Assembly: GCF_009914755.1 (NCBI RefSeq)
Contig: NC_060926.1
From: the human T2T-CHM13v2.0 reference genome, Homo sapiens
Direction: 5' to 3' (one strand)
DNA length: 64,000 bases
In this document: positions 27,880 to 42,575 of the stretch, one piece after another
How the letters are laid out: each line of letters begins with the position of its first letter
How positions within the stretch are numbered: position 1 is the stretch's first letter
Notes under the pieces: generated by a model
Seen by the model: the letters and a program-made list of their open reading frames with translations, nothing else
Told to the model about the DNA's origin: nothing
The model's database searches: none
Position numbers and translations under genes: made by a program

Positions 27880-28340
27880 CATGTGACCTTCAGATATATT
27901 TTTATTAAATACAAATCTGACCATGCTATACCCTGTTTTAAATTTTTAATACTTCCCTTGATCTGAAGAATAAAGCCAGCTATCTCAGCATAATTCACAT
28001 TTCTCTCTCCAAAACTTCTTTCAGTTGATGTAGTGCTTTCTGCTTTTGGAGCAGATCATATCCTTATATACTTTTTCTTAAGCCAATCCTCTTTCTTGGG
28101 GTTATTTTCTTTGTGCTTCTGAGGAACATCAAAATGTTCCTTTCTTCACCCAATGATATTAAGAACTCCTAGATCTGGGCTTTCTTCGCTATTATGACTG
28201 CCCACACTTGTACTTGAGTTTATTTCTATGTGTCCTGTTTTCTCCTAGCTGTAGGTATAGTACAGGCACCACCTCTTTCTTATCCCAGTGCTCTTTTGGA
28301 ATGTTTGGATCCTACTATAGTTTTAATAAATATTGGCCAA
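27880..28340 (+). mobile_element. L2 3' region relic
   Basis: aaatacaaatctgaccatgct...ctactatagttttaataaatattgg. Confidence 0.55.
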
Positions 28341-30744
28341 ATGGAAAAATTATGTTTACTATAACTATACAACTAAGTCAACTAGTAAAGAAAATAAAGT
28401 GTTAGGAGAAGGGTATATAAAAGAAAAATCCCCCAAAGACTTCAGAAGCAAGAGCACATATTGCACAAATATTCTGAATCCATGTACTGCCCACTGAAAT
28501 GTTTCAAATTGTACCTAATGATACTCCATTAACAACACCCAAGATGATTTTGAAAACATTAAAGATGTTGGACAGAATTAATTAGACATCTGGCTTGAAA
28601 TAATTCCAGTGAGACATGGACAAGCAATCACTTTGAAGTAAAAATGTTTATGCAGCACAGCAGAATTATCAAATACCCTACCTACTGCCAAAGAACAGCT
28701 ACAGCCAAATATTAAGTAACGTAAAAGAAAAAAGGAGCCACAATTCTCTCAATAGGATATAAAGAATAGGCTGTGGTTCAGACGTGTACTTGGGCACAAA
28801 CAAAGCATACATTCAATCATATTATCTTTCACACAAAACAGGTAGAGAAAATGGGCAGAACATATAATTTTGCATCTCAAAAATTTAACTCATAATAATG
28901 CTTTCTTATTCTTGAATAATTATTTGATTTCAATCAAGGGCAATATAAAAAGTAAGAATTTAATTATAAAGTGTGTAACATTTTTATTTACATTATTTTC
29001 ATATTTTTCCTTGTAAGTAGGTCTACATAAATACTTCAAGTGAGTCAATTATTAAAAGTACTTAAGACTATGAGCAGCCTAAGGATTACATTTCATGGCA
29101 TAGCTTCCCTTATTTGCATACATAATGACACCTACTTTTAGCAAAGAGGCTTTTGAGAGGTAAGGAGTGGATAATGTACAGAATTTATAAACATTAGCGG
29201 TATATCTTTATCCTCTCTTAGCCTCCTGCCTCTACACTATGAAATTTAACTCATGATTCCTTTCAAACTGTTATAAACCATCTAAATTTCTCTTACTACA
29301 TTTTAATCCCATTTTCTTCTCTATCTGATGGAGAGATGGAGATTACTATTTACAACATTGGCAATAATTATGAAATTATCTTCCCTTTTAATTTCCTAGA
29401 AAAAATATGTATAGTCTGTCTTCCTTCTCGAGATTCTTTAGCCATCATTGCTTCCAGTCCCTTTCCAATTCTTCCCAGCAGTCATTTCTCAAAGTATGTG
29501 TTCCTGAAAAAAAAAAAAAAAGGTGGGGGGTGGACTTAGACCTGTAAGTCTTCACTAATTAATATGGTGAGAGTCTATTTCACAAGTCTTGTTCATTGAA
29601 CTTATTGCATAAAGCCTCATGATTTTATTGAGAAAAGAAGACTTTTGCTCCAGTTTCTGGAGAGAACCCCACTGGAAGATTCTTTTGTATTTCAGTCTCA
29701 CTCCATGGAATACTGAATGTTGTCTGATTGATACAGTTCCAGAAAAGTTCTGTGCTTGCATTTGGCCGGGCTCTTGATCTAACTCTTTTGGTCCTGCTTG
29801 CTTTCAAGAGAAGCACTTTTCCTGCTCTTCTGCTGCTCCTCTGTGGTAAGTCCATCTGTCTCAGGGCATAGAATCTGTCTTTTTGAGGATCTTCTCTTTC
29901 TCTTACTCTTTCTCTCCCAAACTTGAGTAGATACGAAACAGACTGTGCTACCCTCTCCACTTGGCTATGTAAGTGCACCCAGCATTTGTTGTGTCATCCC
30001 AGTTTGTCTTCCAGGAAGGCCCTAAGATTTAGTTGGTTAAAAATCGATGTTGAACCCTTCAACTCAAGTATCAAAAGCCCTGTATTTTGTGGTTAACAAA
30101 GATGATACTTGGCTAATATTTTTCATCTGCTCCCAGTTGGTCCAGTATAAAGAAGGGAGTAAAGATAATGAGCTAAATTCACCACTTTCTTCAAAAGTCA
30201 GGAATTTCTTCCTAATGCCAGTTGAGAATTTGAAGAACTCATCATGTAAAAATATATTTTCATAATATTTAGAAAAGCTTCAATGGTAATATTACCATTT
30301 ATACCAAAATCCCATTGCATCAACAGATTTTTTAAAATGTCTTTGTAGATCAAATCTAACATTTTAGGTGTCAAAAGTATTTCTCATCAATTAAAGAACA
30401 TTTTTACAGATAAATACATGAATACTGACAGATTCAGCATTTATTATCAGTGACTGCAAGGTAGATAGTGAAGCAGGAGAACACATGTGTCCCAAATGTT
30501 CTGCTGGGCCAGGTTGAAGAATAGAATCCAATCAGGAAAAGATGATTCCACCATCTTTGCAACAGAATTTTACCTACGTGTATCAATCTTTCTGGCTTGA
30601 ATAGAGTTTCTGGACTTTGATATTATGGCAGAATTATGACTTGTTTTATTTGATTAATCATACGAACAGTAACCCAACCACTTCTTTGAGATATAATCCA
30701 AGTTCTTCAGGGAATAATAATAATAGTGATAACAATATTAAGCT

Positions 30745-30965
30745 TAACAACAATATTTAACATTTATTGGGCAATTACCTTATGTTGATATTCTTTTAAA
30801 GGTTTTACATATATTGTCTCACAACTGCTTCATGAAGTGGAAAATATCTATATTTTACACATGAGGAAACAGTATAGGATGATTACTTTTCCAAGAGCTA
30901 CATAAAGAAGAAATAGGATATGATTCAAAGCATAATACCCAGGGCTTGAACTCTTAGGCACCATT
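30745..30965 (-). mobile_element. MIR
   Basis: aacatttattgggcaattacc...ttttacacatgaggaaacag. Confidence 0.6.
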
Positions 30966-31772
30966 TTCTGTTGCTGCTGGGAAGGAAGAGCTGGAGAGTA
31001 TAGGACGAAGAAAATCATCAGCTGTTTATAGGACCTGGAAAATTTGACTCAGTTTACTAAATGGTGAGTTTGAACCAGAGTTTAGATAAATCTAATGAGG
31101 TCAAAGTGCAACCAGAAAAATGTTAACATAATCTAGAAAGGCACTGGGAAGGTAGGATTTTTAAACAAATTCAGAGCCACTTGTGAAATACTGAGGTGTC
31201 AAAGGTCAGAAATCCAGGAAATCTAGACAGTCTGAAAGGATGTGGCAGATAGCAAAGGCTATAACTGATATCTGTTCACTGTCCAAGATGGTTAGGTAAA
31301 CTGAAGGCATTCAGTCATTCAGAAGCTGAAAAGGTAGAAAATGTTGACACCAGCCATTATGGGAGCCTAATTCTTGATGAGGTAGTATTCATCCTTTATA
31401 CTTATGCACATTTAGAAAGACATCTTGAGAATCTTGGAGCAATTTCTACTTATCCTCTTACAGAGAGAGCATCTGATGCACATAGATGTGCACTCAGTCT
31501 GCCTACGTTATTTACTCTAAAATGATACTGTCCTTGCTATTAAAGTATTTATTCACCCTTTTGTGAGATAATCATATACTTAGAATAAAAGGAATGTAAT
31601 GCTGACAGCTGAAATGTATTGCATGCTCAATATGTGTTAGGCATTATATTAAGCACACTCTGATGGTAAGTTACACATGTGAGAAGTACGCACTAAGTAT
31701 TTGGTGATAGTGCAGAAAAGATAGTGAGCACAGAACTTGGGCAGTAATGGCAGGATTGATGAGAACAACGCA

Positions 31773-32281
31773 TGCTGGAAGATAATTCTCCATGGGCTTC
31801 ATTCATTTCTCATATTCTATGAGCAGAAACACTGTTTATACAAACAAGTTTTGTTTAGGACTGTACAAGGATGTTTACATATTCAACAGTCATGGAAGAT
31901 GGAAATAATGTATCCTTCCCTGCAGAACAAGTCTGTCCAATATGATAAGGATAGTGCTTCTCTCTAAGGTAATGTTTGGGCAGGCTTGCTTGCATCCATT
32001 ATAAAAGATACAAGTCTCCTAAAATGGCGTTCTTTGGCTGTGACACAAACCCTCTGCATATATAATATCCAATTGGATTGCTTCTTGCTGCTTCCATAGG
32101 ACTTTGGGACAAGGAGAAGCAGTACACACCTGAAGCTCATAATGTTTGCATACAATCAGTAAGAAAGTCTTTTGTCTCTGATACAAGAGTCTTGTGTCTT
32201 CTGCCAACATCCATAAAACTGTCATATGCTAACTTGGCTTTCAAGTAGGGAAAATTCTCAGATACTTTATAGTTCTTGACA
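31773..32281 (+). mobile_element. Solo ERVL LTR, LTR40-like
   Basis: Begins tgctggaagataattctccatggg, ends aagtagggaaaattctcagatactttatagttcttgaca (TG...CA). Confidence 0.7.
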
Positions 32282-32522
32282 ATGGGTAAAGAAGGGATAA
32301 AACAGAAAATCAGAAATATGTGGGAAGGCATCTCAAACTAAAACAAAAATATATGAATTGATTACGGAACAAAGAACAGACCAGTTTGATTAGACTTAAA
32401 TATTTGAGAATGAAACTAATGGAAACAAAGGATGGAAAGAAAAGTTGGACTTATATTAGATGTTACAGGACTTGGAGGGATAAGTAGTTTGGAATTTAAT
32501 CTAGGAGAATCTGAAGAGCCAT

Positions 32523-32876
32523 TGTTAAAGATTCAATGTTTATGTTTCCCCAAATTCATATGTTCGAATCCTAACCTCCAATGTGATAGTTTAGGAAGTG
32601 GGGCGTTTGGGATGTAATTAGGTCATGAGAGTAGAACCCTCACGGATGGGTGTAGTGCCCTCACATAAAAGACTTCAAAGAGCTCTCCTGCTCTGCTCTC
32701 TGCAATGTGAGGACAAAACTCATCAACCCTGAAGGGGTCCTCACCAAAACGGGACTATGCTGGCACTCTGATCATGGGCACCCAGACCCCAGAACTGTGA
32801 ACAATAAATCTCACAGTTTGCTGTTTACAATCCACCCAGTCTATGGCAATTCGTTATAGCATCTTGATCTAAGATA
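32523..32876 (+). mobile_element. MLT1A/A0 MaLR solo LTR
   Basis: caaattcatatgtt...ccagaactgtgaacaataaa...cccagtctatgg; 5-bp TSD gccat at 32518-32522 and 32877-32881. Confidence 0.85.
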
Positions 32877-34827
32877 GCCATCAAAAGTTTCAGAGCAAAG
32901 GGATTCTCTCTTTTTCTGTCTGTGATCTCTCTTCAAAGGCCATATCCAGTACCTTGATTTTACCTATCTATCTGCTTTAGGCAGATCCTTCTCACAATAC
33001 GCAGCATCTATCTGTATTATATACACAGCAATAATCACATATTTTCAAACTTTTATAGCCAAATTATTATTCACACGTAATTAAAATTTTATATGATTGT
33101 AATGCCTAAATAGTGACTTCCACCATTAATTTACTACCAATATTCAGGTGAGAGAAACATGTCATTACCTTTTGGAAATAAATACAACAGAGATCTCTAC
33201 ATTAATTTTGGCTGTAATAAAGTGTAATTTATTACTAAGTTGGATTTACAAAGGAACAAAATTATTTTTGTTATTCCTATGAGAAAGCTGTTTATATGAT
33301 ATATTGGAAATGTGTTCAATTGTTCCTGCTCTTATACATTCCCAAAATAGGTAAATACGGACCCTAGGACTTAAGTGTGAATAAAGTTCGATGTTGGGAC
33401 ATGCTTGCATGTATTTATCATTTTGGATTTTGGTGTATCACATAAATTATCTTTTGAAATGCCTTTCATTTCAAAATGGTTCTCACAAGCCTATAGTTAA
33501 CCAGGTTCATCTATTCACTATAGAAAGAAAAAAAAAACTTGACCTCATCAACTGTGAAGAACATTTCATACTTTATAGTATTATATTTAGAAGGTGATTA
33601 ATCACAGGTGTTAAGAAAGAATAATTTTTATTAAAACACTAGCAATCAATCAGTATATCCTTAGTACAGTACTTGTAATCACATTTTAAGCCATGAAAGT
33701 TCTTCGACTGCTCTAGGAAGAGCCATAATTTCCAAGTAGAAAAAATAAATTCTTTTCACTAAACATTTGATTAAGGGAATGAGCCCTGGAGGACCCTTTG
33801 AACATTTCTCCGTTCAGAAATCAAAAGGTATTTTAAGAATGATATTTATATTTGACCAAGGAGTTGGATAAAGAGAATTACTTTTTGACTCCATCACAAA
33901 GTAAGGCACTTCGAAGCTTCTTTCTAAAAAAAAAAGGAATGTTATTTCTGCTCAAAAGTGAAGGTATAATAAATCATCGTGACTCTCAACTCACATGTAA
34001 ACATTAAAGCTAATTTGTCTCAATGATTGGCTCATTTATTTTTTTCAAGGATACAGAGGGAGGATCCTTTGTTTTTATCACTTACAATATGTAATAAGCT
34101 ATTTATATCACTAAAGCATTATATATACGTATGAAGTCCTGATACTCTAGCGTTGAGATGACAAATAAATGACAGTGTGCTACTGCTCCGACATTCCATA
34201 CTTATGGTAGATATTATTCATTGTAGTCTTTCCCACCAAGTTCAGAAATAGCCTCAGATTTCTTCACGAGACAGTTCTTTGGCCAAACACTGCCAAACAA
34301 TGAAAGTTAGCTCAGGAATCAAATGTGCATTATTGCTCTAATAATATAATACATGTGCTTTCTAAGCCACATGTTAATTCTGGCTGAGGGTGAAATCCCT
34401 GGCCAAGTAATAACTCATCTTTAGTTGAATCCATTGTATGCTTGGCTCATTTATTTGTTCATTTAATATTGGCTGTAAAATGGTTATTACAATTTTACTG
34501 GTTGAAAATCCATTGAATTTTATATATCTGGAGCTAAAAGACCCCCAAGACATTATCTATTTATGCTGCCTTATATTATGCATGAGAAAGTTTGAAGGCA
34601 TATAGTGACACATTTACCAAAATTCTACAACCAGCACATGGCATAGCCAAATTCTAGAACCTAGGACATGTGAAGAATTTATTTCATTAAAATCCAGTTC
34701 AGGCCACACTTTTGTACCTTAACAAAATGCAGAGAGCAAATCTCAATAGCTTATTGGCAATGAGATTTAATAAACAAGAATTTGAATACTTGGGCTGGTT
34801 GATAATAATTACAAAGATTCTTAAATA

Positions 34828-34945
34828 CAGTTACTTAAGTTGTAGCTATGGCAGTTTCTCATGTGTATAATGAGAGTAATATAAATAGCTATCTAATAGG
34901 ATTATTGTGAGGATTAAATGACTTAATATATATAAAGCATTTAAT
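34828..34945 (+). mobile_element. MIR fragment
   Basis: cagtttctcatgtgtataatg...ataggattattgtgaggattaaatga. Confidence 0.7.
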
Positions 34946-35027
34946 TATAAGACACGAGAAACTCTTAAAATATATTTTCTATTATATTATTTTTATTTAA
35001 AATTCTATTCTTAAAAATGCCATCATA

Positions 35028-35380
<353 letters not shown>

Positions 35381-35919
35381 TTATAAAATCTTTCAGCACA
35401 CAGAATGTACTAGCACGTTTAACAAGCCATTTAACAAACTTCAAATAAATTTTAAATCAAAATTGAATATGAACACATGGATGGGTGAAGGTGTACACAT
35501 ACATATTCATACACACACATATACCCAAGACACTTTTGCCTGTAAACCTAGACTTAAAGTAAATAGAATGCATCAATGTTTTCAGAAGAGTGAATAAGAT
35601 CAATCTTAGGGATATAAATTTAGGCAAAAATTATAAAATCTCCTAATCTGTGATACTGTGATAATAAATTAAGGTGAAAAAATTATATGGCCATCTCCTT
35701 AGGTAGATAAATAATTTAATATCTATTCTTAATCAAAACACAAGCAAGGTTATATAACCAAAACAGAAATATAAGAAAGCCTAAAATTTCATACAACTCA
35801 TTTATAAGAAACCTAAGACAAACATTACTGATGTTATATATTTTTTCATTAAATCCAGGAGCAATATAAGGATACCTACTATCATTACCGCTATTTGAAT
35901 TATATTGAATGCTCAAACT

Positions 35920-36045
35920 CAGCGTTTTTTAACTAACTTTGTCACACTGATATTTTAGACCAGATAGTTACTTGTTGTGAGAGACTGTCTGATATTGCCA
36001 AATGTTGGATAACTAGTACAAACTGTACCCAGTGTATAACTTCCG
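35920..36045. mobile_element. MER20-like hAT MITE, internally deleted
   Basis: actgatattttagaccagatagttacttgttgtg...gatattgccaaatgt. Confidence 0.5.
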
Positions 36046-36504
36046 CTTTAATTAATGAGAAAAGATAAGGAAAAAAAATACAAAGTACACAGACTGGAAA
36101 AGAATAAAAGCTATTTTCAGATAATATGATTGATATAACCAATTAAAATGAAAGACAGAAAAATTATGATCCTGACCAAAACCATAAAGTGTTTGAAAAT
36201 TTGCTTGAGAAAAAAATCTTCGCTGGGATAAAAATTATAAATCTTTAGTACAAAAAATTTCTGATTGAGCAGAGGAAAAGTTCATGTGCATGAATAAGAA
36301 AAGTTGATATTATGCAGATAACAGTTTCGCTCAATCAATTTATAAAATCAAAGCAAATCTAATAAACATTGACATACACATAAAATAAATTTGTAAGTTA
36401 TAGCTAAGAACATTTTTAGCAACAACAATAGTGGACAATTTACCCTATCAGATATCAGAATACTCTATAAAACTATTAAATACATCAATATAGACTTGGC
36501 CTCA

Positions 36505-36845
36505 ATTCATGCTGCAACATCAATAAATTTTGAAAACATGCTAAATTACAAATACAAATACAAAAGGCCACACACTATAAAATTTTATTTATATGAGAAG
36601 TCCAGTATAGCATACTGACATAGACATAAAATATATTAATGGTGGACATGGTGTGAGGGTAGGAGGGAATTGGGAATGATTGCTAATATGTTTGGGGTTT
36701 CTTTTTAGAGTGATTAAAGTGTTCTGGTATTAGATAGGATGATGGTTGCACAACCATGTGAATACACTGTAAACTACTGAATTGCATAATTTAAAGGGGG
36801 GAATTTTATGGTATATAAATTATACTGCAATAAAGCTCCAAAAAA
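36505..36845 (+). mobile_element. L1MB-like 3' end
   Basis: tttggggtttctttttagagtgat...gatggttgcacaaccatgtgaatacact...tttatggtatataaattatactgcaataaagct. Confidence 0.75.
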
Positions 36846-37806
36846 TATGAAATTGGCCCATAGACAAATTGATGATCAAACATGTCCAATAATCTAATAA
36901 ATATGTACATATAAACTGTTTTATATCACATAAATTATATTATATTTTTATTCTATGGGAATTATATAGTATATGTAGAGAGAAAGGGATATAAATAATA
37001 GTAGTGGTAATTTCAACCCATGAGGGCAAATGTGAACTATCAATAAATTATGTTGTGATATTTGATTCTCTCAGGAAAAAGAAAAAACTGCTTACCTCTC
37101 ATCATGCACAAGTAAAAAGTTCATATTAGATCAAAAGACAAACATTCTAAAACAACTTTTAACTCATTAGAAAAACATAAATGTAAATAAGCTTCTATAG
37201 CAAGAAAGAGTAAGGCTTTCTTACCCAAGTCATAAAATAAAAAAGGCATAATAAAAAGTAAAACGTTGAAAGCTTCAAAATTTAAAATTCTATACAAAAA
37301 TTTAAATAATGAAAAGACAAAACACTAGAGAATTATTTGCAATCTGAAAAACAGATTACAAAGTAGCAAATAAAAATGCTATAAAATCTTACATATTGAT
37401 TTTAAAACCTGGAGAAAAGTGTGAAAGATATTAAACATGGCACAAAGAAAAATTAAAGTTAGTAATAATTATTAAATTTGCCTAACGTAAATAGTAACCA
37501 AGAAAATGCAAACTATGCCAATGAAATAATTTCTTTCATAAATGTGGCAAAAAAGTGAAAAATCTAGTATGAGTAATTTGTGTTGGAAATTGAAACTTTC
37601 ACATACTGTAAGTCATTGTGTACAACCTTTTGATAAAATATTAGAATTACTAGATAATAAATAGGTAAACAGATATATATGTATAAATATTGGGAGGATA
37701 GGCCATTGTAATTCATACAGAAATATATTTAAACACTTTCTCCAGGAGGTATGCAATTGTATATATTGTAATATTATTCATAATACTGGAAGACTGAGAA
37801 GGAAGC

Positions 37807-38341
37807 TGTGGTACACTGTGTTTTTTAAGATGTCTGTAATAATATTTCTCATTCCACATGATTTTACAGAAGCATACTACTCTTTCTCTAAATATATAAT
37901 CTATCTCCCTTCCCCTTAAACTTTTCACTGGAGTTTGCGACTTCTTCAAATAATGGAGTCCTGTGGACTCTATATGAATCAGGTGGGGTAGCTTGACTAA
38001 TGACTGTTAATCTATTTCCAGGGTGTCTCAACCACATGGTTAACAAGTTACTGATTTCCCAGACTCAGTAACTAAAGGTGAAATAGTTTCCCGCTAGTGT
38101 TCTTTCCTGGAACGCTTGTCCTTGGAACACTGCCATCATGCCATGAGGAATTCTAAATAACAGAGAAAGACCTTCATAGAAAAGAACTAAGTTATCAGCT
38201 GACGACACATGGCATATAGACAACCCTTCCCACCAAGCCCAACCCAAATACCATATTTATAAGCTCACAATATGATTGTTGTTGACTTTAGCCACTTAGT
38301 TTAGGGTAGTTTGTTAGATGACATTAGATAGCAAGACTACA
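37807..38341 (+). mobile_element. Old MaLR LTR (MLT1F/G/H-like)
   Basis: Ends tttagccacttagtttagggtagtttgttag...agatagc. Confidence 0.65.
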
Positions 38342-38397
38342 ACCTACAGTTTCATTACATGGAAAATAATTACACTACAGTATGTGATATTGTATAG

Positions 38398-38705
<308 letters not shown>

Positions 38706-38820
38706 AATAATTAGTTTTTAAATATATATGCTTGTTTGTGTGATGTGTGCAACGTGGGTGTGATGTACATACATATGTACAGATTTTGAAGACATATTGT
38801 TAAGTGATAAAAACCAGTTG

Positions 38821-41672
38821 TGGAGAGGACACAGTGAGATGGCAGAATAGGATTCTCCAGTGATTGTCCCCCCAGGATCTCAAAAAAGAAAATATTCAAG
38901 TTTGTGGAATTTAAACAAAAAAATAGCAGAAACTTTCCAAACCTGGAAAAAGATATAAATATCCAGTTAAAAGAAGGCCAAATTAAGTCACAGGATTTGA
39001 TGACTTCATTGTTTAATTCTAGCAGACATTTAAAAGAACTAATACAAATTCTTTACAAATTCTTCCAATAAATTGAAAAGAAGGGAATACTTCCAAACTT
39101 ATTTTATAAGGCCACTCTTACCCTGATATCAAAACCAGACAATGACACAATAAGAGTAACAACAACAACACATTCACAGGACAACATCACTGATGGACAT
39201 AGTGATGGGACACTGATGGGACATTCATCCCAGGAATGCAAGGATGGCTCAAAATATGCACATCAATAAATGTGATATATCATATTAATAGAATGAAGGA
39301 CAAAATACATTTGATCATTTCAACAGATGCAGAAAAATCATTTGAAACACTAAACAACTGTTCATGATAAAAGTTCTCAACAAGTTAGTTAGATATAGAA
39401 TGAGTGTACCTAAACACTGTAAAGGCTATATATGACCAGTACAAGTAATATCATACTGAACAAGGAAAGTTTTTCCTGTAAGATCTGGAATAAGAAAAGA
39501 ACGCACACTCTTGCCACTTGTATTCACTGTAGTATTGGAAGTCATAGCCAGAGCAAGTAGTTAAGAGAAAGAAATAAAAGGCATCCCACATTAGAAAGGA
39601 AGAAGTTAAATTGTTCCTGTTTTCAGATGACATGATTTTATGTATAGAAAATTCTAAAGACTCCACCACATAACTTTTAGAACTAATAAACAAATCTAAT
39701 CTGCAGGATAAAAAACTAACATACAAAAATTAGTAGCATTTTGATCCACCAACATCAAACAATCTGAAAAACAAGAAAACAATTCCATTTACAATAGCTA
39801 TAAAAAACTTAATAAATTTAAGCAATGAGGTGAAAGAGCTTTACATTGAAAACTATAAAACACTGATGAATGCGACTGAAGAAGACACAAATCAATAGAA
39901 AGATATTCTGTGTTTTTGGAATAGAGGAGTTAATATTGTTAAAATGTCTACGGTACCCAAAGCAATCTATAGACTCAATGCAATTCATATTAAAATACCA
40001 GTGAAATTCTTAACAGAAATAGTAAACAAAAATCCTAATATTCACATGGAACCACAAAAAACCCCAAGTAGCCAAAGCAATCTTGATTAAAAAGGACAAA
40101 GCTGGATGCATCATACTACCAACTTCAAAACATACTACAGTGCTATAGTAGCCAAACAGCATAGTCCTGGCATAAAAACAGACCCAATGGCCAATGCAAC
40201 AGAATAGAGCCCAGAAAGAAATTTACTACATTCATGGCCAATTGATTTTCAACAAAAGAATCAAGTACATACAATAGGGGAAAGATAATTACTTCCATAA
40301 ATGGTGTTAGGAAAAATGGATATCCACATGCAGAAGGATTAAATTAAACCTTTATCTCTCACCATGTATAAAAACAACTGAAATGGTAATAACTTAAATG
40401 AAAGACCTAAAACTGTTAGAAAAAAAAACATAGGGGAAAAGTTCCATGACATTGGTCTGAGCAATGTTTTTTTCTAGATACATAATGGTTTTCTCAAAAG
40501 CACAAAAGCAAAAATAGACAATAAGATTATTTAAAACTTAAAATCTTCTGTACTTCAGAGGAAACAATTAACAAAATGAACAGACAACCTACAAAATGGA
40601 AGAAAATATTTGCATCTTATAAGGAGTTCATAGCCAAAATATACAAGGAACTCAAACAACTCAATAGCAAGAAAACAAACAAAAAAATTTAAAAAATGGG
40701 CAAAAGACCTGAATAGCTATTTCTCAAAAGAAGACATAAATGGCTCACAGTATATTTTTTAAAAAATACTCATCATCACTATTCATCAGGTAAATGCACA
40801 TCAATGCCACAGTGAGATATCACCTTACTGTTGTTGGAATAACTAGTATTAAAAAGAAGGTAACAAGTGCTGGAAAGCATGTGGAGAAAGGGAAACCTCA
40901 CAAGTTGGTGGGAAGGTATATTAGTGTAGTCATTACTGAAAATAGTATTAGATGTTCCACAAAAAATTAAAAATAGATCTACCATGTAATTCAGCAGTCC
41001 CATGACTGAGTATATATCCAAAGGAGGTGAAATAAATATGTAAGGGAGAGAGGTATCTGCACCCCCATGTTTATTGTAGCATTATTCACAATAGCCAAGG
41101 TACGGAATCAACATAAGTGTCCATAAATGGATGAATGTATGAAGAAAATATCGCACATATGCATAAGAGAAAACTATTCAGCTATAAAAAAGAAGGAACA
41201 CCTATCATTTGCAACAACATGGATGAACTTGGAGGACATCTTGCTAAGTGAAATAAGCCAGACACAGGAAGATAAATACTGAATGATCTCACTTATATGT
41301 GGAATCTAATAAAGCTGAACTCACAGAAGTGGAGAGTAGAATGGTGGTTACCAGATGTTGGAGTGGCTATGGAAAATAAAAGGTGGAGAAATGTAGGTCA
41401 AAAGATACATATTTATAGCTAGATAGGAGGGAGAAGTTTTTGTAATGTATTGTACATCACGGTGACTATAGTTAATGATGATATATTGTAGTCCTGAAAA
41501 ATGCTTAGAGAGTGGATGGTAAGTGTTCTCACCACAAAAATATTAATTATGCAACGTAATGTAATGTATTTGTTAATTAGCTAGATTTAACTATTCCACA
41601 ATGCATATATCCTGCAAAACGATATGTTGTACATGATAAATGCATACAATTTTATGTCAGTTTTTTGAAGTT
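38821..41672 (+). mobile_element. L1MA (L1MA5-7-like) with 5' start and 3' end but major internal deletions
   Basis: 5' gatggcagaataggattctccag, a short ORF1 piece, then ORF2 from the RT region to an L1MA 3' UTR; degenerate TSD aaaaaccagtt / aaaaaacagtt. Confidence 0.82.
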
Positions 41673-42439
41673 AAAAAAACAGTTTGCTCAGTAACACTTA
41701 AAATATAGCATTCATTTCCTCCCCACCCAAACAAACAGATTTCCAACTGTGCTTACACCTACAGATCATGTTGTTACCAATGGAAAACAAGTCATGGAAG
41801 ATATTTTCTTCATCTAATTTTATTAGAATTTTACAGGGAAAATGAATTTATGCCTTACTTTTATACTTAAAAGTAAATATAGAGCAATTTTTTGAAGTCC
41901 CAGAAATAAGCTTCAAAAGCCTGTATGAATATAGTTGCAGTGTGGATACAGAAGGAAAGAATGCTTAAATATTTCTAACGGTATTTTAGGATTTGAGTAC
42001 TGGGAGTTTTGACTGATTTCTATTGTAATTGAAGTCAAAATATCATCAAAATGTTTACAATCCTATCTGAAGCTATGTTTTTATTCTTGATATTTAGAAC
42101 AATGTGTTTCATAAGTCCTAAAGCAATGTGTGATCAGATATTTGTATTTCTCTCTTTGGTGAAATAAATGGAAACAAATTTGTTGATGCATGTTTTACCA
42201 CAGCTGTCAGAATTCCCTTGTTACGTGGACGTCCTTCTACCAATCTCTGCCATCCCTTTGCCCTTTCATGACTTCAAACACACATGGACAAATTCCTATT
42301 CAACTACATTCAGGAGCAGAAAACCTTCTGTCTTTGATAATTGGAGACAGCACTGCTTTCACTAATACTAACCTTGCTGATTTGTTTTTCTCCAATTATT
42401 TTTGGTTATCTCAACTATACTATCAATAGCAATATAACA

Positions 42440-42575
42440 ATAAAATAACCACACCAAAGAGCTAAATTTTAAGTTACAACTAAGTAATTTGCTCAAATAC
42501 ATGAAACTAGAGAGTGATAGTGCCAGGATTTGAACCCAAATCTTTCTGACTTCCAAAGCCAGTGACCCCTATACT
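42440..42575 (-). mobile_element. MIR fragment
   Basis: taagtaatttgctcaa...gccaggatttgaacccaaatctttctgacttccaaagcc. Confidence 0.65.

Noticed and set aside
29625-29978. 117-aa minus-strand ORF
   Set aside because: GTG start, partly low-complexity (RERVRERE), no recognisable family.
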